Assembly: GCA_964344345.1 (NCBI GenBank)
Contig: CAYFNC010000002.1
Location: forward strand, 6,106-70,105
Direction: 5' to 3'
From: an uncultured Hyphomicrobiales bacterium
GTDB lineage: Bacteria; Pseudomonadota; Alphaproteobacteria; Rhodospirillales; CAYFNC01
Length of the DNA: 64,000 bases
The notes below the pieces were generated by a model. The model made no database searches. It saw nothing but the letters and a program-made list of their open reading frames with translations, and was not told where the DNA came from. Made by a program: the position numbers and the translations under genes. Shown here piece after piece: positions 18,981 through 27,880 of the stretch (within the stretch, counting starts at the first letter, position 1; each line of letters starts with the position of its first letter).

Positions 18981-20320
18981 GCCATCGACTCCCGCGACCT
19001 TGCGATCAGGCTGGTGGCGTTCTCGCCGAGGGTGGCGCTGGCCATGCCGGTCATCACCCAGACGCTGATGGGTTGGTAGACGTCCTGAAGCGCGAAGTCC
19101 GTATGGCGCAGGATGCCCGCGATCCGGTGCAGGACCACCCGGGCTTCGCCGGGCGGGGTGTCGGGAAGCGCGACGCAGAATTCGTGGTCGCCGTACCGGG
19201 CCACCATGTCCTCTGCTCGGATCAACCCGCCGATCCATTGGTAAAGCTGCTGGACCAGGTGGTTGGCGGCGGGCTCGCCGAACTGGCGGCGGATTTCGGG
19301 AATGTTCGGGGTGGACAGGAACAGCACCGTCAGGTGCTTTTGCCAGTCCCGCGCATCCGCGATCAGGGTTTCAAGATGGCCAGCGAAGAAATCCAGCGAA
19401 TAACAGCCGCTGATCGTTTCCGTGGTTTCTGGAAGCTTGGTTGCGTCCAGGGCCTGGCGAAGGCGCCAGCGAAGGCGTTGGCGCCGGACCAAGCCGTCGA
19501 GCGCCATGCGCGTCTCCTCGTCGGATGCCGGACGGGGCAGAACCCGGGTCGCGCCCCGGCGATAGGGCTCGACCGGGTCGTTGAACGCGCCTTCGGGGGC
19601 GAGAAGGACGGCGGGCAGGTTGAACAGGCGCGGATTGGTGCGGATGTGGCTGCAAAAGCTGAGCGCCGCGTTCACCTGGTCGGGGTCGTTGTCATCCAGG
19701 GCTATTACGGCGGCGTCGAAGGCGTTGCCGTTCAGAATGTACTCGGCGGCGAAAAAGTCCGTGCAGGGCGAGATCGCGCAGCGTCCGCCGAGCGCGCTTT
19801 CAAGCTTGTCCGTATCCCCGCCGTCATGGCCGAGAGACAAAAGCTTGTAAGGGGCGTCGTCGATGGAAAGGTCCGCTTCCGGTCCCGGGTATCCACCGAA
19901 CTTTTCCGCCGTGGCGCGTCTGCGGGCGAGTTCCCCATGCATGGTCGAAAGCCGGATCAACGGGCGCATGCGGTGCAGATAGTCGCTTTCGATCATGGGA
20001 TCGACCATTACGTCGTCGCACTGAAGGTCCCGCGCCATGCGCATGACCCGGTCGGACAGCGCGTTCGTCACCAGTACTACCGGCAGGGATTTGGTTTGGG
20101 GGTCGCAACGCATTTCCTCGACAAGGGCGAAGACGTCGATTCCCGGCTTGGCGATGTCGATCAAGACCACGTCGGGCCTGCCGTAGCGGGCTTCCTCCAG
20201 CAAGCGCGGCGTGGAGCCGCAGCCCTGGGCCAGGTATTCGTGTTCGCCCAAGCTGTCCACCAGGACGGCGAGACGCTCCGGGTCCGAGCCCACCACCAGT
20301 ACGTTGCCAAGCCGCGCCAT
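18977..20320 (-). CDS. PleD-like response regulator (REC-REC-GGDEF) with degenerate GGDEF site
   Basis: N-terminal REC (VLVVGSDPERL...DVVLIDIAKPGIDVFALVEEMRCDPQTKSLPVVLVTN), then a second receiver-like region. The C-terminal GGDEF fold reads RAEDMVARYGDHEF, so the I-site RxxD is kept while GG(D/E)EF is replaced by GDHEF. Confidence 0.8.
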   Translation of the reverse strand: MARLGNVLVVGSDPERLAVLVDSLGEHEYLAQGCGSTPRLLEEARYGRPDVVLIDIAKPGIDVFALVEEMRCDPQTKSLPVVLVTNALSDRVMRMARDLQCDDVMVDPMIESDYLHRMRPLIRLSTMHGELARRRATAEKFGGYPGPEADLSIDDAPYKLLSLGHDGGDTDKLESALGGRCAISPCTDFFAAEYILNGNAFDAAVIALDDNDPDQVNAALSFCSHIRTNPRLFNLPAVLLAPEGAFNDPVEPYRRGATRVLPRPASDEETRMALDGLVRRQRLRWRLRQALDATKLPETTETISGCYSLDFFAGHLETLIADARDWQKHLTVLFLSTPNIPEIRRQFGEPAANHLVQQLYQWIGGLIRAEDMVARYGDHEFCVALPDTPPGEARVVLHRIAGILRHTDFALQDVYQPISVWVMTGMASATLGENATSLIARSRESMA

Positions 20321-20390
20321 GATCCGATCCGGTAATCCCTACGCTTGCGCCTTCACGATTATACGGACCCGCGCCCAATGGCAACAGGGC

Positions 20391-22181
20391 CTAACCGTCA
20401 AATGGCCAAATCATCGGGATCAGGGGCAGGGCCGTCGCCATGGCGGCCACGGTCAAGGGACCGCCGAGGCGCAGGTAGTCCGCGAAGCGGTATCCCCCAG
20501 GTCCCATGACCAAGGTGTTGTTTTGGTGCCCGACCGGCGTGAGGAAGGCGCAGGACGCGCCGACGGCGACGGCCATCAAAAAGGGATCAGGGCTGACGGA
20601 CAGGCGCTCGGCGATTCCAACGGCCAGCGGCGCCATGACCACGGCCGTGGCCGCGTTGTTGAGCACCGCCGACAACCCGACGGTCAGGATCATCAAGCGC
20701 GCCATCTGGACCCAGGGGTCCGAGCCCTCGGACGCGTTGAACAACACCGTCGTCAACAGGTCCGTGGTCCCGGTGCTCTGCAGAGCGTGGCCCATGGGGA
20801 TCAAGGATCCCAGAAGAACGATGACCGGCCAGTCCACGGTCTCGTAGATTTCACGTGGCGGAACCACGTTGGCGGCGACCACGGCCAACGTGGCTAGCCC
20901 AAGCGCGATGGGAAACGCCACCAGCCCCAAGGCGGACGCCAGAATCGCCGCGCCGAATACGGACACCGTGGTCAGCGCCATGCCGCGCTTGCCGATGCTG
21001 ATGGCCCGGTCCGCGAGCGGCAGGCAGCCCATGTGGCGCACCACCTCGGCCAGTCGGTCGGGCTCGCCATGCAGCAGCACGGTGTCGCCGGCGCGGCAGC
21101 GGAACGACTGCAGCCGTCCGCGATAAGGCCTGCCCTGGCGCGAGACCGCGAGAAGCCGGACGCACCAGCGCGGCGATAGGCGGAGTGAGTCCACGCGCCG
21201 TCCCTCCATTCGCGAACGGGGGGTGACGACCGCCTCCATCGCCTCGGCGCCGTGGGCCATCAGGGGGTGTTTTTCCTCATCGTCCGCCTTGTAGCCGACG
21301 ATGCGTAGGCCGAGCGCCGAGACGAAGCCGTCGATCTTCTCTGGCCCGCCTTCTACTAGTAGAGTGTCGTAGGTTTTCAGGGTTTCGTCCGGGGGAGGGG
21401 AGAACACCCTGCGCTTGCGCCGGATCAGGGAGACCAGAAGCACCTCGTGCTCTGCGGCTTTCTCCTCCAGCGCGGCCAGGGTCATGCCCCAGGCGGCGCT
21501 TTTCTTCAACACCCGCGCCTCGGTCACGTAGGCGTCGATGTTGAACAGGCCGCCGGTCTTTCCCGCCGGAACCCGTTCGGGCAGAAGCCGCCAGCCGACC
21601 AGCGTGATCAACACGGTCCCGACGCCCGCGACCGCGAGACCCACGGGCGTGAAGTCGAACATGCCGAACGGCTCGCCCACGGTCTCCATGCGGAAGGTGG
21701 CGATGATGATGTTGGGCGGCGTGCCGATCATGGTGACCAGGCCGCCCAGGATGGACGCGAACGCCACCGGCATCAGCACCAGCGCCTGGGACCGCCCGGC
21801 CTTGGCGGCGGTCTGGACCGCGACCGGCATCAATAGCGCCAGGGCGCCCACGTTGTTCATGACCGTGGACAACAGGGCGGCGGCGCCCGAAAGCGATCCC
21901 ACATGCATGACCGGCCCGCGCGCGGCGTGGGAAAGATGCTTGGCCAGCCCGTCGATGACGCCCGCGTTGGTCAACGCCCGGGAAAGGACCAGGATGGCGG
22001 CGACGGTGATGGTGGCGGGATGGCCGAAACCGTTGAACACGTTGGACGCGGGGACCACTCCGAACAGGGCCGCGACCATCAACGCCGAAAAGGCCACGAT
22101 GTCGTAGCGCCACCGCCCCCAGGCGAACATCCCGAACGCCACGGCGAGGATCAGAAGGATCAGCGCTTGATCGAAGGTCAT
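20391..22181 (-). CDS. SLC13-family permease with central TrkA-C (RCK_C) domains (YfbS-like)
   Basis: 596 aa. N-terminus MTFDQALILLILAVAFGMFAWGRWRYDIVAFSALM, two membrane halves, and a cytoplasmic insert of about 200 aa resembling tandem TrkA-C domains. Confidence 0.85.
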   Translation of the reverse strand: MTFDQALILLILAVAFGMFAWGRWRYDIVAFSALMVAALFGVVPASNVFNGFGHPATITVAAILVLSRALTNAGVIDGLAKHLSHAARGPVMHVGSLSGAAALLSTVMNNVGALALLMPVAVQTAAKAGRSQALVLMPVAFASILGGLVTMIGTPPNIIIATFRMETVGEPFGMFDFTPVGLAVAGVGTVLITLVGWRLLPERVPAGKTGGLFNIDAYVTEARVLKKSAAWGMTLAALEEKAAEHEVLLVSLIRRKRRVFSPPPDETLKTYDTLLVEGGPEKIDGFVSALGLRIVGYKADDEEKHPLMAHGAEAMEAVVTPRSRMEGRRVDSLRLSPRWCVRLLAVSRQGRPYRGRLQSFRCRAGDTVLLHGEPDRLAEVVRHMGCLPLADRAISIGKRGMALTTVSVFGAAILASALGLVAFPIALGLATLAVVAANVVPPREIYETVDWPVIVLLGSLIPMGHALQSTGTTDLLTTVLFNASEGSDPWVQMARLMILTVGLSAVLNNAATAVVMAPLAVGIAERLSVSPDPFLMAVAVGASCAFLTPVGHQNNTLVMGPGGYRFADYLRLGGPLTVAAMATALPLIPMIWPFDG

Positions 22182-22234
22182 CCGCGTCCACCGTCAGAGT
22201 GGGATCAGGAGCATATAGGGTGCGGAATTCCGGA

Positions 22235-23410
22235 CTAGAAGGCCAGCTTTTCCCGATCGAACAACCGAGCCAGCAGCAGCAACAGCAGCGCCGCGAGCGC
22301 GAGAGACGAAGCGGATGCGATCGCCGCATGGCCCAAATCCGGCGCTTCTCCGCGGATCAACCGTCCGATGAGCAGAGTGTGGGAGAACGCGGGGATGGAC
22401 AGCATCCAGTTCTGCACCGTCACCGGCGCGAACAGCATCAGCATGCCGGGAAGGGCGGGGATCAGGGGTAGGAAGCCGAGGTAGGTCTGCGCCTCCTTGA
22501 GCGAACGGGTGATGGTGGCGATCAGGAACTGCACGCCCACCGCGACCATCATCAAGGGAACGCCGAGCGCGAAGAGCCCCGCGATCATATAGGGCGTCAG
22601 GGTCTCGGCGAAGGCGGCCCCGGTCGCGCCCGCGCCCTGGAACGCCAGCTTGAAAGCGACAAGCTGGACCAAAACGGCGACGCCGGTGAAGAACACGGCT
22701 GCGGCGTACTTGCCGAGCAACAGTCCCCAACGCTCCAACGGGTTGATCAAAAGGGGTTCGAGGGAATCTCGCTCGCGCTCGCCCGACGTGATGTCGATGG
22801 TGATGTACACACCGCCCATGAACACGTTGAAAATGAACAAGGGCGCGATCATCAGCAGCAATACGCTGGCGCTGTCGTCGCGGGCGGAAACGTTGACGGT
22901 CCGGATGTCGAAGGGGCGTAGCACCTGGATGTCGAGACCGTGGTCGCCGATGCGCTCGGTCCAGACCACGCTGTTGAACTCGGCCAACAGGTTGGCCACC
23001 CGATTGAGCGCCACCAGGCCCGGCAGCCTAGCCGTGTTCACCACCACCTCGATTCTGGCTGGGCGGTTGGCGTCGAAGTCGGCCTTGAAGTCTTCGGCGA
23101 TCCGGATGACCGTTCCCACTTGGCCCCGCTTCACCATTTCCTCGGGATCGTCGTCGGGGGGCACGGCCTGGATGTCCTTTTTGGCCAGGAACTTCACCAG
23201 GGCGGGGGCGTTGTCGATTCCCTGAACCGCGAGCTTTTCGATGGGCTTTGTGTTCATCGACATCACGCTGTCCACCATGCCGATGATCAGGCCCAGCAAT
23301 AGCGGTCCCATCAACGGGTACAGCAGCGCCACCATCATGGAGCGGCGGTCGCGGGCGTTGTCCACGACCTCCTTGACGAACACCACCCATGCGCCGGAGA
23401 ACGGGTTCAC
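22235..23410 (-). CDS. ABC-2 type exporter permease (NatB-like)
   Basis: 391 aa. N-terminus FVKEVVDNARDRRSMMVALLYPLMGPLLL, a large extracytoplasmic loop, and a C-terminal 5-TM bundle. Overlaps the ATPase gene by 4 nt. Confidence 0.7.
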   Translation of the reverse strand: MNPFSGAWVVFVKEVVDNARDRRSMMVALLYPLMGPLLLGLIIGMVDSVMSMNTKPIEKLAVQGIDNAPALVKFLAKKDIQAVPPDDDPEEMVKRGQVGTVIRIAEDFKADFDANRPARIEVVVNTARLPGLVALNRVANLLAEFNSVVWTERIGDHGLDIQVLRPFDIRTVNVSARDDSASVLLLMIAPLFIFNVFMGGVYITIDITSGERERDSLEPLLINPLERWGLLLGKYAAAVFFTGVAVLVQLVAFKLAFQGAGATGAAFAETLTPYMIAGLFALGVPLMMVAVGVQFLIATITRSLKEAQTYLGFLPLIPALPGMLMLFAPVTVQNWMLSIPAFSHTLLIGRLIRGEAPDLGHAAIASASSLALAALLLLLLARLFDREKLAF

Positions 23411-24135
23411 AGCCCCTCCTTCCCGCCGGTGACCGAGAGGAACATGTCCTCCAGCGTGTCCCTGCCGGTTCGCTCCAGCAGTTTGTCCGGCGCGCCCTCG
23501 GCGGCAACGCGGCCATGGGAAATCACCACCAACCGGTCGCAGACCGTCGCGACCTCCTGCATGATGTGGCTGCAGAGCACGATGCAGCGGCCTTCGTCCC
23601 GGAAGCCCTTGATCATTTCGTGGACGGCCTTGGAGCTTGCGACGTCGAGCCCGTTGGTGGGCTCGTCCAGCATCAGGTTCCGGGGCGAATGGACCAGGGC
23701 GCGGGCCAGCGCGACCTTGCGCGTCTGGCCCCGGGAAAAGCCCTTGGCGCGGCGGTTGGCGAATTCGGCCATGTTCAGGATTTCGACCAATTCATCCACG
23801 CGCCTGTTCAACTCCTTTCCGCGCAGGCCGTGAAGCTTGCCGTAATAGCGCACGTGCTCGCGCGCGGTCAGGCGGGGATAGAGTCCACGGCTGTCGGGCA
23901 AGACGCCGATGCGGCGCTGGACCTCCTTGCGATGGGTCAGGACGTCGAAGCCGTCCACGCGCGCCGCGCCCTTGTCCGGGCGCATCACGGTGTAGAGGAT
24001 GCGCAAGGCCGTGGTCTTGCCCGCGCCGTTGGGGCCAAGAAGGCCGATGACCTCGCCGTCCTTGACCGAAAAATCCACGCCATCAAGCGCTTTCACCTCG
24101 CCGAAGCGTTTGTGAAGGCCCTCGACCTCGATCAT
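23407..24135 (-). CDS. ABC transporter ATP-binding protein (NatA-like)
   Basis: Walker A GPNGAGKTT, signature FSRGQTRKV, Walker B LMLDEPTNGLD, H-loop CSHIM. Confidence 0.9.
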   Translation of the reverse strand: MIEVEGLHKRFGEVKALDGVDFSVKDGEVIGLLGPNGAGKTTALRILYTVMRPDKGAARVDGFDVLTHRKEVQRRIGVLPDSRGLYPRLTAREHVRYYGKLHGLRGKELNRRVDELVEILNMAEFANRRAKGFSRGQTRKVALARALVHSPRNLMLDEPTNGLDVASSKAVHEMIKGFRDEGRCIVLCSHIMQEVATVCDRLVVISHGRVAAEGAPDKLLERTGRDTLEDMFLSVTGGKEGL

Positions 24136-25019
24136 GCGGGCTGGCTCGTCTTGGGATTCAGCCGTTCATGCAGTTCGCGCAGCCCCGCGAGCGCGGTGCT
24201 GTATTGGATCACCAGATTGACGGGGGGGCTGGCTAGGTCATGGGTGAAATGCAGGTAGTACGAATTGGTCCAGGCCGTATTGACGCAAAGTCCGAGCAGC
24301 ATGGGGTTGGCCGAAAATTCCTCCAACAACAGGAACGGGTAGCGCTCGGTCACGTGATAGGGCCAGATCTCGTTGAAACGCCGGTCCAGGCCGTTGGCCA
24401 GGTCGTTGCCGTAGATGTAGTGGGAAAGGGGAAACTCCTCTTTCGCCGAATGGGCGTTTTCCTCGTAGTTGTCGTAGACGTGGCGCAGGACGTCGCCGTG
24501 ATGGGCGGTCTTTAGGACCATGACGCCGGTGTTGGCGATGTTCTCGACGCTTGAATCCAGGGCGGTCCGTTCGTACATGCCCTTGATCGTGGTCGTTTTC
24601 TCCAGGTTCTCCTCGCGCCCGATGATGGCCTTGCGGCGCATGGTGTTGTCGAGGACGTGGGGCAGGTCGAAATAATTCTCCTTGTATCCGACCAGCCCGA
24701 TCTTGTCGGAGTCGTTATGCTCGACGATGCAGGGCGCTACGTGGGGGTTGATCATCACGTCGGCGTCGAGCCAGACCACGTCGGAGTATTTGCGAACCTC
24801 CTCGTGCTCCAGGATCAGGCACTTCTGCCAGTTCACGCTGCGGGCGTGACCGCGCGGGCCGTCGTCGATGTGCTTGTCGATGACGATGACGTCGTAGCCG
24901 TTGCGCTCGGCGTAGGTCCGCCAGGTCCATTCGTAGAACCGCTCCCAGTTCTCGCGGTACGTGGGAAGGCCCACCAATAGGGTGACAAGGGCCTTCGTGT
25001 TCCTGGAAGCGGACGGCAT
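24132..25019 (-). CDS. putative GT-A fold nucleotide-sugar transferase (GT8/GT34-like, DxD)
   Basis: ALVTLLVG...NGYDVIVID...VNWQKCLILEHEEVRKYSDVVWLDADVMINP resembles the W.K...DxD core of GT8 and GMA12/MNN10-type transferases. The family call is tentative. The gene starts 30 nt after the rnfH stop and overlaps natA by 4 nt. Confidence 0.5.
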   Translation of the reverse strand: MPSASRNTKALVTLLVGLPTYRENWERFYEWTWRTYAERNGYDVIVIDKHIDDGPRGHARSVNWQKCLILEHEEVRKYSDVVWLDADVMINPHVAPCIVEHNDSDKIGLVGYKENYFDLPHVLDNTMRRKAIIGREENLEKTTTIKGMYERTALDSSVENIANTGVMVLKTAHHGDVLRHVYDNYEENAHSAKEEFPLSHYIYGNDLANGLDRRFNEIWPYHVTERYPFLLLEEFSANPMLLGLCVNTAWTNSYYLHFTHDLASPPVNLVIQYSTALAGLRELHERLNPKTSQPA

Positions 25020-25049
25020 GGGAGGCGCTCCTGAAAACGGGGAGGGAGG

Positions 25050-25334
25050 CTACTCCTCTTTCTCGGCCTTGGCGGCCTTGTCCTTGCGCTTGACCTTCTT
25101 GGGATCGGCGGTGATGGGGCGATAGACCTCGACCCGGTCGCCTTCCTCCAGGACCTGGTCGGGCTTGCAGGCCTTGCCGAAGATGCCGATCTTCTGGTTC
25201 TCCAGATCGATTTCCGGGAATTTGTCCAACAGGCCGGATTGCTCGATGGCCTGCAGGGCGGTGGTTCCATCCTCAACCTCGATCTGAAACCAAACCTGTT
25301 CCGTGGGCTTGGCGTAGGCGACTCCGACGTTCAT
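25050..25334 (-). CDS. rnfH: RnfH family protein
   Basis: 94 aa, ubiquitin-like: VGVAYAKPTEQVWFQIEVEDGTTALQAIEQSGLL...GIFGKACKPDQVLEEGDRVEVYRPITADPK. Last gene of the rnf cluster. Confidence 0.85.
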   Translation of the reverse strand: MNVGVAYAKPTEQVWFQIEVEDGTTALQAIEQSGLLDKFPEIDLENQKIGIFGKACKPDQVLEEGDRVEVYRPITADPKKVKRKDKAAKAEKEE

Positions 25335-25353
25335 CGATGGTCTCTCCCGTGTC

Positions 25354-26079
25354 TTAGGCCGCGGCCGGGGCTTCGGCGTCGTCCTTTTCCGCCTCTTCCT
25401 GAATGTCGTCCATCACCGCCTTGGGCTTGAAGATGTGCTCGTCCAAAAGCCGCTTGCCCGCCAGCAGGAAACCCAGCACCAAGAACCCGCCCGGCGGCAG
25501 AAGGATCAAAAGGAAGCCCTTGTAATCCGAGATAATGGTGATCTCCATGAAGGTCGCCCACGATCCCAAAAGCAGATGCGCGTTGGCGAACAACGTGGCG
25601 CTTCCGACGATTTCCCGCGCGGCGCCCAAGGCCACCAGGGCGACGGTGAAGCCGATTCCCATCATGAATCCGTCATAGACAGAGGCCGCGATGGGCTGGC
25701 GGGAGGCGAACGCCTCGGCCCGGCCGAGAATGGCGCAGTTGGTCACGATCAGCGGGATGAACAGGCCCAGCACCTTATAGAGTTCGTGGGTCCAGGCGTT
25801 CATGGCCATGTCGACCAGGGTCACGAGCGTCGCGATAATCAGGACGAAGGCGGGGATGCGCACCTCGTTGGTGATGACGTTGCGCAGCAACGACACGGCG
25901 AGCCCCGAACCGATCATGACCACCAAGCTGGCCATGCCCATGCCAAGGCCGTTGGTCGCCGTGCCGGTCACGGCCAGCAACGGGCAAAGCGCCAAGAGCT
26001 GCGAGAAAACCACGTTGTTGTCCCAAATGCCGTCACGGGCGATGCGGCGGTATTCGGGGGACATCAGGGTCTTGATCAT
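25354..26079 (-). CDS. rnfE: Rnf electron transport complex subunit E
   Basis: ATG at 26077-26079 (MIKTLMSPEYRRIARDGIWDNNVVFSQLLALCPLLAVT). NqrD/RnfE family. ATGA overlap with the rnfG stop. Acidic C-terminal tail. Confidence 0.93.
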   Translation of the reverse strand: MIKTLMSPEYRRIARDGIWDNNVVFSQLLALCPLLAVTGTATNGLGMGMASLVVMIGSGLAVSLLRNVITNEVRIPAFVLIIATLVTLVDMAMNAWTHELYKVLGLFIPLIVTNCAILGRAEAFASRQPIAASVYDGFMMGIGFTVALVALGAAREIVGSATLFANAHLLLGSWATFMEITIISDYKGFLLILLPPGGFLVLGFLLAGKRLLDEHIFKPKAVMDDIQEEAEKDDAEAPAAA

Positions 26080-26801
26080 TGGGCGGCTCCCTCGGTCTTG
26101 GCGGCTTCCGCGGGCTTTGGCGCGGGCGGGGCCATGATCTCGGCCTTCTTGGCGGCGTAGAAGTCCAGGCCGTCCTTGACCGCCTTGACCACCGCGCGAG
26201 GCGTAATGGTGGCGCCCGAGAACTGGTCGAACATGCCGCCGTCCTTCTTGACGCCCCAATCCTTTTCAGGGGTGTTGTCGAGCGACAGGCCGTCGAACGC
26301 GAGGATCCAGTCGTCCTTGGCGATTTCGATCTTGTCGCCGAGGCCCGGGGTCTCGGCGTGGGCCAGGACGCGGACGCCCATCAACTCGCCCTTGTCGTTC
26401 AGGCCCATCAGAACCGTGATGGCGCCGGCGTAGCCGAAGCCGACCGACTGGAACGCGCTGCCCACGACCTTTTCGCCGCGCATGGCCTGGTAGACGGTCT
26501 TTTCCTTGCCGTCGCGTGTCTTCACCAGGATCTTGGCCTCGGCCAGGTTGTTGTCGTGATAGCTGGGCGGGACCACTTGGCTGAGCGATTTCTGCAGATC
26601 CTCGGCCAGGCGCTGCTTGATGGCGTCGGCCGTGCCCCAGTTGCCGGTGGCGAGCAACGCCGCCGCCCCCATGGAGAAGACGCCGAGCAGGATGGCCTGG
26701 TAGTAGACGGACGAGCGGAACGCGGGCTTGGCGTCGGCGGCGGCGTCCGCTTCGGCCGGCTTTTCCTCGGCGGCCTTTTCGGTTGCGGCTTCGTCGCTCA
26801 C
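26076..26801 (-). CDS. rnfG: Rnf complex subunit G (FMN-binding)
   Basis: Single TM followed by an FMN_bind domain. DQFSGATITPRAV matches the ApbE flavinylation consensus (D-x-x-S-G-A-T). Ala/Glu-rich N-terminal extension. Confidence 0.85.
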   Translation of the reverse strand: MSDEAATEKAAEEKPAEADAAADAKPAFRSSVYYQAILLGVFSMGAAALLATGNWGTADAIKQRLAEDLQKSLSQVVPPSYHDNNLAEAKILVKTRDGKEKTVYQAMRGEKVVGSAFQSVGFGYAGAITVLMGLNDKGELMGVRVLAHAETPGLGDKIEIAKDDWILAFDGLSLDNTPEKDWGVKKDGGMFDQFSGATITPRAVVKAVKDGLDFYAAKKAEIMAPPAPKPAEAAKTEGAAQ

Positions 26802-27880
26802 TTGTCGCCTCCCGTTTCATATTGCAGGGGCTCGCCCTTGGTGGTGCGGCCGTAGATGCGCGGCTTGATGTAATGGTCGATCAGCGGCGTCATCGAGTTC
26901 ATCAGAAGGACCGCGAAGCCGAGGCCTTCGGGGAAGCCCGCCCAGGTCCGAATGATGTAGATCAGGGCGCCGCAGCCGACACCGAACACGATCTTGCCCT
27001 TGTTGGTCACGGGCGAGGTCACCAGATCGGTTGCGATGAAGAACGCGCCCAGGACGGTGCCGCCGCCCAACACGTGGAACACGCCGTTGGGATAGACGTC
27101 GGGGAAGATCAGGTTCATGACCGTGGCCATGACGAACATGGTGGCGATCATGGACACCGGAATGTGCCAGGAGATGATGCGCTTGAAGATCAGCACCAGC
27201 CCGCCCAGCAGCAACAGGATGGTGGAGGTTTCCCCCATGCTGCCCGGCATCAGGCCGAGCGCCATGTCCTTCATGCCGACGGTTCCTGCGAGCGCCTCGG
27301 CCAGCGGCACGCCGCGCCCGACCTCGGTCTTGACGTAGCCCAAGGGCGACGCGGTCGAGATGGCGTCCATGTCCACGTTGCTGGCGAAGGTGACGCCGAG
27401 CGCGTCGACCAGCGACAGCGCCTCCCCGCCGCCTAGCGGAGCGGGGGAGACCCAGAAGGTCATTTCCAGCGGGAAGGAAATCAAGAGCGCCACGCGGGCC
27501 ACCATGGCCGGATTGAAGATGTTCTGGCCCAGACCGCCGAAGATCTGCTTGGCGAGCACGACGGCGCAGAACGCGCCGACCACCCCGATCCACCAAGGAG
27601 CCCAGGGCGGCAGGCTCATGGTCAGAAGCCAAGCCGCGACGATAGCCGAGCCGTCGGTGACGAAGGGCTGGACCGGCTTGCGCGCGATCCAGAGCGACAG
27701 GGCCTCAAAAATCAGGGCCGCGATCACCGTGACCCCGAACAGCATAAGCGCGGGCCAACCGAACAGGTAGATGCCGTAAAGCGTCGCGGGCGTCAGGGCG
27801 AGCATCACCCAGACCATGGTCTTGCGGACGCTGGAGCGTTGGTGCGCGTAAGGCGCGCTGACGATCATGGGGTCGCTCAT
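26798..27880 (-). CDS. rnfD: Rnf complex subunit D
   Basis: 360-aa polytopic NqrB/RnfD-type protein. DAISTAS fits the flavinylation consensus. 4-nt overlaps with both rnfC and rnfG. Confidence 0.93.
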   Translation of the reverse strand: MSDPMIVSAPYAHQRSSVRKTMVWVMLALTPATLYGIYLFGWPALMLFGVTVIAALIFEALSLWIARKPVQPFVTDGSAIVAAWLLTMSLPPWAPWWIGVVGAFCAVVLAKQIFGGLGQNIFNPAMVARVALLISFPLEMTFWVSPAPLGGGEALSLVDALGVTFASNVDMDAISTASPLGYVKTEVGRGVPLAEALAGTVGMKDMALGLMPGSMGETSTILLLLGGLVLIFKRIISWHIPVSMIATMFVMATVMNLIFPDVYPNGVFHVLGGGTVLGAFFIATDLVTSPVTNKGKIVFGVGCGALIYIIRTWAGFPEGLGFAVLLMNSMTPLIDHYIKPRIYGRTTKGEPLQYETGGDK

